A DNA stretch of 64,000 bases from Zootoca vivipara (taxonomy: Eukaryota). The first letter of the stretch is position 1, and every line of letters begins with the position of its first letter. Of this stretch, positions 56,701-64,000 are shown in pieces. The notes beneath the pieces are model-generated. The model was given only the letters and a program-made list of their open reading frames with translations. It was not told the origin of the DNA and searched no databases. A program made the translations under genes and the position numbers. The stretch is from the NCBI RefSeq assembly GCF_963506605.1, contig NC_083289.1:10850001-10914000 (forward strand), read 5' to 3'.

Positions 56701-59700
56701 CTTCTGGTAAATGAGTCACCATAGCCACTAGAAGGCTGTGACAATTTGTGTCCTGGGTTTTCAGAAACCATATGGGCACATTGTTTGCCAGATGTGATCA
56801 CCCCCCCACCCCAGCTCACCTACCCCACTGCTAAATGAATCCCTGCTCCTGATATATAGCAGAATGGTATTGAGGATTACTGTTATGTTGATCTGAAAGA
56901 TCAAAAGGGCACGACACTCCTTTACATTTATTTATTTTTATTCAGATTTGTCATGGCCAATGGCTAGTATAATCAAGTTATTTGGATTGGCTGTAAGTCC
57001 AGCAAAACTGATTTTCACTGTGGATTACTTAGGATTGGAGAGGCATTTACCTTGTCAGCATTGGAGCGAATGCACTTGACAAAATAGGGTTCTGCTTGGC
57101 CAAGGGTCTCCATCAGTTTGGTAAGCGATGCCTAAAGTGGAAAATAAAATTATGGAGTTGGCTTCTGCAACAATTATTTTGGTAAGAAAATAACATGTTG
57201 CCAAACCTCTCCTTATGCTATTTTTAAACTGTAATTTAACACACATATGAAATAGAAATTGTGATAATATTGCTTCTTATTGTAGACATTGAAAGACATG
57301 AAAATGGCTTTGCTATACAATGCATAATAATGGCATTAAGTACACATATGTAAATCTTCAAAAGCACGTCACTGGATCAGAACAAAAGCATACATGTCCC
57401 TCAGCAGTTCTCCTTCTGGAATGCTGCATATTTTATTCGAAATTTAGCTTCATTTATCTACTTAAGAGACAAGGTGTTCATAACACTTACCTATAGGCCT
57501 GGACCGGAGGCTCCAGCTTGTGGCTATTCTGCGGTTAGACTGTTGATGGGGACAGACTATCACCAGGGACAGTTTCAGAAGATAGCATTGGATGAGCATA
57601 CCTGAACCACTTGGCTTTTGAATTAAAGGGTGCCAAAGGGCACTATAATGTCTCTAATGCTATTTAACATCTACATGAAGCCACTGGGAGAAGTCATTAG
57701 GCATTTGGGAGCAAAGTGCCATCGGTACGCTGATGGTACCCAACTCTATGTCTCGGTAACGTCTGACTTGGGAATCCTGAGAAGGCCCTGGACTAGTGTC
57801 AGTTAGATAATTTTTGGACTTATCGTATTGTGTCTAGTGTACACTGCTTATAGACTATTGTGATTTAAGGCTTTTTATGAAAAAAGGTTAGAAAACTCCT
57901 TAAAGCTATTTAGAGAGCATAGTACTGCTGAAATTAAAACAGCTTTGGCAGGTATATGGGTAATTAGTATACTATTAAAAAAATTCAAGCTGACATACAA
58001 GAATTCATATCCTTAATTTTATTAAGGACTCATATGGGCATCTATGGAGTTAGCAGTCACAGCCTATGCACAGTATAAAGTCATATAATCATATCAAGTT
58101 GACTTACTGTATATCACATATGACAATTAATCAGTCTAGCCGAGGATTGTCTACACTGACTGGCAGAAACTCTTCAGGATCTGAATCAGAGTTCTATTTC
58201 CCAGTCGAGCTACCTCTGACTTTTTTTTTTTAATTGAGGTAATAGGAGTGAAGCTGATACATTCTGCACAGAAAGCATATGTTCTACTACTGTGTTATGG
58301 TATATGAACCCAGAGGGCTGATTGATGTCTAAGGGATTTTAAAGAAGATCTAAGCCATACATAAATGGCTTGGCTTGCAACTATCTTTTTTTTAATGCGA
58401 GTCAGTTACTGAGTTAACTTACATAAGGCTGGAAGTGCCCAGGGGGATCTAGAGAATTTACTAGTTGACTATGATGTAAAAATGAATGGGACAACCAGGG
58501 AAAAATAAAGAAAATGGGAACGGCAACCAATTGTTATTGTTGTTTTTTCCTCTAAAATCAAGAGTAGGCTGCATTCCAGCCCATCTAGTATCCCTATTTA
58601 ATTTCAATTGGAAATAGATATTCCACATGTTTTTCCTTAAGTTAAACTTCATGAAATGGTCAGTTACCTGGAACTGGGCACTGATGCTTGGGGGCTTCTT
58701 CTTCTTGTGAAGGTGGAGAAGAGACTTTGTGATACGGTCATGTAGAGTTAGGTTCGTCAAGTGCTTGAGCGATTTCACTTCAAGCAAGTGCTAAGAAACA
58801 CAAAGATTATAACTTTGCTTATGAGAAATTTGAACCAACATAAGCACAAATCTTTGCAAGAAACCAACAGTGGAGCATGGTACCTACATGTTACCCAAAG
58901 GTCTCTGCCCCACCCTCCCCCTGCTGAAATTTAACTTCCACTGTAGCCAATAGAAGGCTTTTTTCAAGCCCAATTGCAGTTTGGAAGTGCAAAGTTAACT
59001 TTTGGGGGTCTCAACTATGAGGAAAGAGTAAATCTCTACCCTCCAGCTGTAAGCCTCTGAAATTGCTCCTCTCCAAAGTCTAATTGTTGCCGGGGGGGGG
59101 GGGGCAGGGGACAGTGATCTTCCTGGGGATTATAGCTGGAGAAGGGCCCATGCATTCCCAGTTGCATTCACCAGGAAAATAATCCACTGCCTCCACCCTC
59201 CCACTCCACTTGAAAAAAGTAAACCCCCTTTTTCAAAACCTAATAGTTGATATAGAGTTAGTGAGCATGCCATCACAATCTCTGTGGTTGTGGTGCTCAC
59301 AGCAGTTTATCTGGCTTGCAAACGTGCATCAATTCCTTTTATCACATACACAGCCCAACAAGACAAAAACCCACCAACAGCATACAAATCAATATGGCTA
59401 ACCTGATGCAAAACACCCACCCACCCCACTCACACACGGAACAAAGACCACCACAGCCAACCACAAATGAACAACCATACCCTAGGCCAACCCCAACATT
59501 TCTCACCACCAAAGGAACACAAGCAAACAGCAGGGAACCTGCCCAAGCGACGCCGACAACCCCCCCCCCCACATATTTTAAGTAAAATAGAAACATCGCC
59601 ACCTGACCCCACCCATCTCTCCCCCATCTACCTCTTTCCCCCTTTTCTTCCCAATGTCTCAACAAATGAAACTGATTTGTAAAAATGTTACGAGAGACAT

Positions 59701-61370
59701 TGCATATATCTTTGTAAACAAAGAAAATCTTTTTAAAAAAGTTGTACACATGGTGAAAACCACACTATGAGTTCATGGACAGTGTACACTTTCTGTATGC
59801 TTTCTTATGAAAAAAAAGAATAGCCTTGTAAAATAACAGCATCGTTTGTGAAATTAATCTAATTTAAATATGTTAGCTCAGGTTCTCTGGCTCTAGTACT
59901 CTCACCTTTGGAAGGTTAGGCTTGGCTTTGACGTTCTTGTTTCGCCTAAGAAAAAGCAACAAAGATCCACATTAAAGCAGCAGTCACATGTTAATGCTAA
60001 TTTGTAAACTTTCATGAGAAAAACATTTGCTTCTGGTGTCATGGCAAAGCATGTGCTAATGCAGTGTCAACATGTCTGTAGTGAGTGCTGGTTTCATGTG
60101 GTCCCTCGCACTCCTGCTTGTGGAAGTGTCTGCATTTTTTGAAGAGATACTGAACTGAAAATACAAGTTTCACACATCTTTTTTTTTTGAAACCCACTCA
60201 ACTCCTAGAAACAAGCTTCTTTAGAACTGAAGACATTCTTTAACAATTAATTCAGATACCGTATTCTTCCAGCTGCATCTTTGAAGAGGTATTTGGAAAT
60301 TATAAAAGAGAATATAATTGATGTGATTACCAGGGCCGGCTCATCATAGACCCCCGGTGGCGCAGGGCACCATGGCGCCGGCCCGCCAGGAGGGTGCCGC
60401 GAGCTGCGCCCGCCCGCTGACCAGCCAGTCCGCCGCGCTGGGAAACGGGGCGGGAGGGCGCCGTAGAGATCGCGCGTCTGCCCGCCCGCCCGCCGCACAG
60501 CAGCGCCGCGCCCACCTGCCCACCCGCCCACCGCGCTGGGAAACGGGGCGGAAGGGCGCCGGAGAGATCCGGCGCGCCATGGCGACAGGGGCGCTTAAGA
60601 CGGCGCTGGTGATTACAATACTTTCACAAATACCTAAAAGGAGATTTGTGTAACACGGTAACCCCTTTTAATTTAATCAATGTTCATAATAAAAACTCTG
60701 GCTCTACTGATCAGAGTCTCTGGTCAACTCCCAAGACCAGAAGAGAGCACTGGGGGCCTAGAACAGTTCAAAGGTTGCTTCCATGTATTTTATAGTGTCC
60801 CAATTCTGCAGTCTACCTCATCATCTAGATTTAAGATATACTTTTGAGGATTTCTGAATTGTAATTCTGTGTGCTTCGGGTGATGGATGCTGAAGGGTAA
60901 TAGAGACCTCTCTTACCCCAACTTGTCCCATGTTTGTTGCTATCCCTAGAGATAAATTCATCTTTGTAACAAACAACAAATATGAACTAACATGAGGATG
61001 CCATGGGCTCTCTCCAAGAGCTTGCTGTTAGTTGAATTCACAAATATCCCATCTTTGTCGAGGAAACTGCTTTGGCTGGAGAGTCTGCTCTGTCGCACCC
61101 CCATCCTGCTGTTCCAACCAACTCCATACATATCACTGCAATGTGGGAAACAAATACACTTTATTGCTTAGATTTTACAAAGAATATACTATTCATTCAT
61201 TCATTCATTGTAAAAAGGTAACCTTTTCAAAGTCACAATTTCATATGTAAAGCTCTTGCTCTAGCAGTGTCACTTATCACACAATCTGACTTACCGCTGG
61301 CTTTTCTCATTGATAGTGTTAACTCCCTGCAGATCTGAAAGTGGTGTTCTGGGACATTTGCGGGTGATAC
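14353..61370 (-). CDS. MYO9A: MYO9A unconventional myosin-IXa, 5'-partial, 29 coding exons in window (5690 nt spliced)
   Basis: Motor C-terminal motifs ([36 protein letters not shown]), IQ motifs, C1 domain ([17 protein letters not shown]...CKHACHRKC), RhoGAP ([21 protein letters not shown]) and the MYO9A-type C-terminus GNNEFMV*. All phases are compatible. Confidence 0.95.
15847..15989 (-). CDS. MYO9A: MYO9A exon
   Basis: [35 protein letters not shown]; cag| and |gtgaat. Confidence 0.92.
16322..16524 (-). CDS. MYO9A: MYO9A exon, coiled coil
   Basis: [11 protein letters not shown]...[18 protein letters not shown]; cag| and |gtaagt. Confidence 0.93.
16911..17263 (-). mobile_element. Sauria SINE, full length
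   Basis: tRNA-like head, (ACCTTT)n tail, TSD TATAGTAT. Confidence 0.93.
19251..19370. mobile_element. Short palindromic hAT-type MITE
   Basis: CAGGGAT...ATCCCTG termini, near-perfect 8-bp TSD. Related degraded copies near 1385-1480, 2420-2520, 4195-4310, 5394-5460 and 29845-29930. Confidence 0.7.
19759..19812 (-). CDS. MYO9A: MYO9A 54-nt in-frame cassette exon
   Basis: Pyrimidine tract, ccag|[18 protein letters not shown]|gtatgt, phase 0/0; resembles a recalled vertebrate MYO9A isoform insert. Confidence 0.8.
20982..21105 (-). CDS. MYO9A: MYO9A exon, end of RhoGAP
   Basis: [41 protein letters not shown]. Confidence 0.94.
22362..22493 (-). CDS. MYO9A: MYO9A exon, RhoGAP
   Basis: [43 protein letters not shown]. 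Confidence 0.94.
23248..23353 (-). CDS. MYO9A: MYO9A exon, RhoGAP
   Basis: [34 protein letters not shown]. Confidence 0.94.
24005..24133 (-). CDS. MYO9A: MYO9A exon, RhoGAP
   Basis: [42 protein letters not shown]. Confidence 0.95.
24829..25021 (-). CDS. MYO9A: MYO9A exon, RhoGAP with arginine finger
   Basis: [64 protein letters not shown]. Confidence 0.95.
27186..27541 (+). mobile_element. Sauria SINE, full length
   Basis: Head-to-tail match to the other copies, TSD CTATTTATTAGA. Confidence 0.93.
28378..28439 (-). CDS. MYO9A: MYO9A exon, C1 domain second half
   Basis: [20 protein letters not shown]. Confidence 0.92.
29002..29113 (-). CDS. MYO9A: MYO9A exon, C1 domain first half
   Basis: [37 protein letters not shown]. 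Confidence 0.94.
30307..30435. mobile_element. Short palindromic hAT-type MITE
   Basis: 8-bp TSD GAATAGAC, imperfect TIRs. Confidence 0.75.
30513..30560 (-). CDS. MYO9A: MYO9A 48-nt exon, basic cluster
   Basis: [16 protein letters not shown]; cag| and |gtaagt. Confidence 0.9.
31053..31218. mobile_element. hAT-type MITE
   Basis: TIR CAGGGC(T)GGCCCA, perfect 8-bp TSD CAACTAAG. Confidence 0.85.
31903..32091 (-). CDS. MYO9A: MYO9A exon
   Basis: [30 protein letters not shown]...[16 protein letters not shown]. Confidence 0.94.
32400..32593. mobile_element. hAT (Charlie-like) MITE
   Basis: TIR CAGGGGT(T/A)GTCAACCT, TSD CTCTACAC/CTCTAGAC. Confidence 0.85.
32783..32899 (-). CDS. MYO9A: MYO9A exon
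   Basis: [39 protein letters not shown]. Confidence 0.93.
33008..33186. mobile_element. Tc1/mariner-type MITE, degraded
   Basis: TA flanks, imperfect TIRs ctgtatttac / gtaaatatgg, internal repeat gccatcaaatctaat. Confidence 0.6.
34040..34248 (-). CDS. MYO9A: MYO9A exon
   Basis: [11 protein letters not shown]...[15 protein letters not shown]...[15 protein letters not shown]. Confidence 0.92.
35137..35294 (-). CDS. MYO9A: MYO9A exon
   Basis: [19 protein letters not shown]...GLQHEE. Confidence 0.9.
37103..37215 (-). CDS. MYO9A: MYO9A exon
   Basis: [31 protein letters not shown]. Confidence 0.88.
38130..38670 (-). mobile_element. Old CR1 LINE 3' fragment
   Basis: Minus strand near 38620-38670 reads [15 protein letters not shown], like the CR1 ORF2 motif PHLEYCVQFWSP. 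Confidence 0.55.
38793..40119 (-). mobile_element. L2-clade LINE, 5'-truncated and frameshifted RT region plus 3' end
   Basis: [46 protein letters not shown]; ATT/TAA microsatellite tail. Confidence 0.9.
40585..40653 (+). mobile_element. L2 extreme 3' end with (TTA)n tail
   Basis: cagccagatgggcggggtataaataataa(tta)n, as at the 3' ends of the longer copies. Confidence 0.8.
40851..41208 (-). mobile_element. Sauria SINE, full length
   Basis: TSD CTACCAGTGGTA, (ACCTTT)n tail. Confidence 0.93.
41877..42058. mobile_element. Tc1/mariner-type MITE
   Basis: TIRs ccgtatattccggtgtataagac / gtcttatacgcaggaatatactg, internal gcgtataagacgacccc repeats. Confidence 0.8.
42502..42697. mobile_element. pogo/Tigger-type MITE
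   Basis: Perfect TIR CAGTTGTACCTTGGA, TA TSD. Confidence 0.85.
43014..43302. mobile_element. hAT (Charlie-like) non-autonomous element
   Basis: CAGGGGTCAGCAAACT / AGTTTGGGGAACCCTG, perfect TSD CCCTACAT, internal direct repeat of about 60 bp. Confidence 0.87.
44350..44766 (+). mobile_element. L2-clade LINE 3' fragment
   Basis: [14 protein letters not shown]...[15 protein letters not shown], (TTA)n tail; inverse of about 38793-39190. Confidence 0.9.
45215..45252 (-). ncRNA. Minimal type I hammerhead ribozyme motif
   Basis: GUAU-CUGAAGA-A-GUGUG(CAUG)CACAC-GAAA-GCUC-AUAC. Confidence 0.65.
45281..45318 (+). ncRNA. Minimal type I hammerhead ribozyme motif, stem I weakened
   Basis: Same core; the 3' strand of stem I reads AUAA instead of AUAC. 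Confidence 0.55.
46292..46504 (-). CDS. MYO9A: MYO9A 213-nt in-frame cassette exon
   Basis: [23 protein letters not shown]...[11 protein letters not shown]...CHSDSEM; phase 0/0. Confidence 0.85.
47196..47277 (-). CDS. MYO9A: MYO9A exon (alternative acceptor at 47271)
   Basis: [27 protein letters not shown]|gtatgc; phase fits both neighbours. Confidence 0.75.
47383..47514. mobile_element. Short palindromic hAT-type MITE
   Basis: CAGGG...CCCTG termini, TSD TTGTAATC/TTGAAATC. Confidence 0.7.
48303..49943 (-). CDS. MYO9A: MYO9A large tail exon (1641 nt)
   Basis: 547-aa ORF with [42 protein letters not shown] and IFFTPKD; donor gtgagt. Confidence 0.95.
50477..50796 (-). CDS. MYO9A: MYO9A exon, IQ motifs
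   Basis: [39 protein letters not shown]. Confidence 0.93.
51450..51634. mobile_element. MITE nested in an older aaaccatggttt-type repeat (about 51325-51990; relative near 53310-53580)
   Basis: Perfect 17-bp TIR AGAGCTTTCCAAACCGT. Confidence 0.65.
52097..52246 (-). CDS. MYO9A: MYO9A exon, converter end and first IQ
   Basis: [31 protein letters not shown]...AAVVIQ. Confidence 0.93.
52368..52721 (+). mobile_element. Sauria SINE, full length
   Basis: Head-to-tail match; TSD TAAGTATCAGAAGA with the right copy displaced to 52866-52879. Confidence 0.92.
52738..52860 (-). mobile_element. L2 3' end inside the SINE tail
   Basis: Matches about 38800-38925. Confidence 0.85.
53795..53917 (-). CDS. MYO9A: MYO9A exon, converter
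   Basis: [13 protein letters not shown]...[11 protein letters not shown]. Confidence 0.93.
55511..55621 (-). CDS. MYO9A: MYO9A exon, SH2-SH1 helix region
   Basis: [37 protein letters not shown]. Confidence 0.94.
56193..56419 (-). mobile_element. RTE-clade LINE 3' end
   Basis: REKRAKRK...[22 protein letters not shown]-terminal C2H2 finger, (GAA)n tail, probable TSD AAAAGGGG. Confidence 0.75.
57051..57131 (-). CDS. MYO9A: MYO9A exon, motor
   Basis: [27 protein letters not shown]. Confidence 0.95.
57628..57755 (+). mobile_element. Old L2 RT fragment
   Basis: [42 protein letters not shown]. Confidence 0.75.
58668..58790 (-). CDS. MYO9A: MYO9A exon, end of loop-2 insertion
   Basis: [41 protein letters not shown]. 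Confidence 0.95.
59906..59945 (-). CDS. MYO9A: MYO9A 40-nt exon, loop-2 insertion
   Basis: [13 protein letters not shown]; phase fits neighbours. Confidence 0.88.
60331..60608. mobile_element. CpG-rich hAT-type MITE
   Basis: Perfect 8-bp TSD GTGATTAC, TIRs CAGGGCCGGCT / AGACGGCGCTG, internal direct repeat. Confidence 0.85.
60992..61135 (-). CDS. MYO9A: MYO9A exon, loop-2 insertion
   Basis: [20 protein letters not shown]...[22 protein letters not shown]. Confidence 0.9.
61295..61370 (-). CDS. MYO9A: MYO9A exon, loop-2 insertion
   Basis: [24 protein letters not shown]. Confidence 0.9.
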
Positions 61371-63924
61371 CTGTGGCAGCATATCAACAAAAAAATTAAC
61401 ATTCTATTTAGCATTAGATAAATTCTCTGCACCAGCTTGGGAGCGGAGGGAAATCAGACTGCAACATGTGCTGAAAATGGTACATGCTGGGAACTCGGGG
61501 AGGGGAGTGGGAGAGAAGAACCATAAATGAGGAGCCATGGCTGGTAATAATGGTATATTTGACTTAAGCTCTTAAAATACAGAAAAGATGTCCTAAATTC
61601 GTTTGCCACAAAATTTACTTGTAATCCTACATATAAAGCCATATTTTAAATATTTTTTTAAAAGATGCACATCTCTATATCCAAGAAACAACACAGAGGG
61701 GAAAGCTTTTATAGGAGGAAAATATTGCAACTAAGAGCCACACCTCCAATAAGATTATTATCTGTATAAGTTCTTTTCTGGACAGCTGCTTTCTCCTTCT
61801 TATAAAAGTAGAACAATGCAGGCCATATGAACACCACAAATTTGTGCAGAAGTAAGCCTCTGGATTCTATTAATAGCTTAACTGTAAATCTTTCTTATAT
61901 ACTGTGCTTGGACAACCTCCAACCTGGTAGCAGAGCTACCAGGAAAAAAGTTCACCATTTTGGTCTGGGCATTTTCTTTTAAAAAGCCCAGAATTATGGT
62001 TCAATACATTTTACTGAATACAAGATACACTTCTTAGCTGTTCCATCTTAAAAGCTACTGTCTCTATTGCAAAGCATACTGCGCAGAATTTAACACAAAT
62101 ATAGCTTGCCTTAAGTGAGTCTGAAAGTCTCATCTGAAATGCAAAACTATGGGGGCCTCTAACCTGCATTAGTAACCCTAACATAGGTATTCAGAGATGG
62201 TGCAGCACAGTGGCAAAGAAATGAATCAGGGAATTCTTGGTTCCAATTTCCCTCCTCCACCATGTCACAACTAATCAGATACAGAACTGACCTAATCTAC
62301 AGGGTCCTCTAAGGATTAACTGATAATGTATATTCAGTATTTAGAACACTCAGTATCCTCAAACTGGATTTATAAAGGGAGTCAACTGGCAGATAAGATT
62401 GGTTTAACAATTTTGGAACCTTTGAACCCAATCATCTGGTATGGAATGACCCCAAATTTTAGGTAACTAGATTTGCAAAATAAATTTACTGGTTTGTTTC
62501 CTTGTGTAAGGGAAGTACAAAAAAATAAGATATACACCCCACACACACTTGGCTAGAAGTCAAGCCAAGACTTATTGCTTTTAATAAGGCCACAAATATC
62601 CTAATTAGCCAAAACAAACAAACAACCCCCTGAGCAAATAAAAACAAATCTTTCAGTCATAGTATACCCATAGGACATGAAAAGATTGCTGAAGAGATAA
62701 ATAGATAAATATATATTAATAAATTAAGGTGATTCAATAAGCTAAAGCTCTATCTTCATGATGAGATTTGAAGGTGAGCAGTCTTACTGTGTTTGGCAAG
62801 AATCACTCATGCAATGTAATTTGCTCTGGGCCTAGTCATTTTCAAAACATTAAATTAGCACTTATAAACTTTATTATTTCATTCATGACCACTGAATTGC
62901 ATCATTCAGGATTTAAGAGCAATGAGGGATAATATTTATTCAGTTTATTATCCACCTTATACAAAGCGTCTCAAGGTCACTTACATACACAATTTAAAAT
63001 AACCATTAGGTTTTAACCATAAAATACTGTTCCCCCCCCAAAAAAAAGCAGTAAGCATGATTATTACACTCTCTCAAAAGCCTGGGAGGTGGTTAGTGCC
63101 GAGCCAGCAGGCATCCCTGGGAATAGCATCCCATAAGGGCCTCACATGATCTTCAAGTGAAGGGAGGTATTCCATTTGGTATCAGGGTCCTGAGCTGTAT
63201 AGTCCTTTTATGTTAAAACCAGCACTTTGAGCCAGACTCAGAAACACAAGCATATGTGCCAGAACCAGTGTTAAATGTGCAGACTGCTTCATAATATGCT
63301 ACTGTAATGTTCTGAAACTAAGTAGTCCCCTGGGCAGGGAGAGAAGCATTCAACTATATTAACAGAAAGCAATAAACGCCATCCCCTAAGGATTTGTATC
63401 GCACCCACTGCTACGTAACTGATTCATAAGGACCTAAAATCATGGAATAAGGAGTGAGGTCTGCAGAAGTTTGCAAATTGTTCAGGACAGAAGAATCCCA
63501 AGCAGACCACGGATGTATACCAAAAATAATTTGCAAATTAAAAGTTATAGCAATGTGCACCTAACTACTATTTTTGTGTTTTTATGTTGTAAACCGCCCC
63601 GTCATCCTTGGATGAAGGGTGGTATATCAATTTATCAATCAATAAATAATACTTGGTGACCATTTGTCTGTAAAATCATACCATGCCTTACAAACCTGAT
63701 TAGAAATTCACAGAAGCAAGAGTTGAAAGTTTTCTCTTCACTGTGTGACACAGCACACAGGTTGGCTTAACAAGTGATTTCAAACACACTATGGTAAAGC
63801 TACAGCTTTGTAAATGGTCACCTGCATTCTCCCCATGGAAAGCTCCAAATGGGCAACAAAATGGCTGTTGAGATGCAGTGTAAGAGCAAATTGATAAAAA
63901 TAACCAGTATCTTAATATATTGAT

Positions 63925-64000
63925 ATAAATTCTATTGTGCGACTTCATTTGAAACACTGGTGCGTAGTTCTGGTCCCCTTAAGAAAGGATAATGTAGAGC
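63925..64000 (+). mobile_element. Probable CR1 ORF2 fragment running off the window end
   Basis: attgtgcgacttcatttg...gttctggtcccc resembles the CR1 motif VRPHLEYCVQFWSP. Confidence 0.45.

Noticed and set aside
59270-59740. L1/Tx1-like 3' end (similar stretches near 355-730, 34320-34680 and 36730-36950)
   Set aside because: Composition is suggestive, but no diagnostic motif or TSD could be confirmed by eye.
60247-60653. Overlapping GC-rich ORFs as a gene or gene-associated CpG island
   Set aside because: They fall largely within a TSD-bounded MITE, and stop codons are rare in GC-rich DNA.
61700-63800. Additional loop-2 alternative exons near 61745-61800, 62787-62830 and 63690-63740
   Set aside because: Candidate splice sites give the wrong phase, stops or weak acceptors, and no recognisable peptide.

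Overview
Eukaryotic DNA from a squamate reptile (Sauria SINEs; probably a lacertid lizard, by inference). Two intron-rich genes lie tail-to-tail, as in the human NR2E3-MYO9A locus. NR2E3 is on the + strand with 7 coding exons (996-5693); its first exon was not found and is probably upstream. The 3' three-quarters of MYO9A is on the - strand with 29 coding exons (61370 down to 14353): motor loop-2 insert, end of motor, IQ motifs, tail, C1 domain, RhoGAP and C-terminus. All exons were read by hand; they have GT-AG boundaries and compatible phases. Between the genes (6.9-11.0 kb) is a complex rearrangement in which two solo LTRs were duplicated together with a partly inverted copy of the MYO9A 3' UTR. 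Introns carry Sauria SINEs, L2/CR1/RTE fragments, hAT and Tc1/mariner-type MITEs, and a Penelope-like inverted repeat holding two minimal hammerhead ribozyme motifs. Most ORFs in the supplied track are spurious or repeat-derived. Protein comparisons rely on recalled vertebrate sequences, not on searches.
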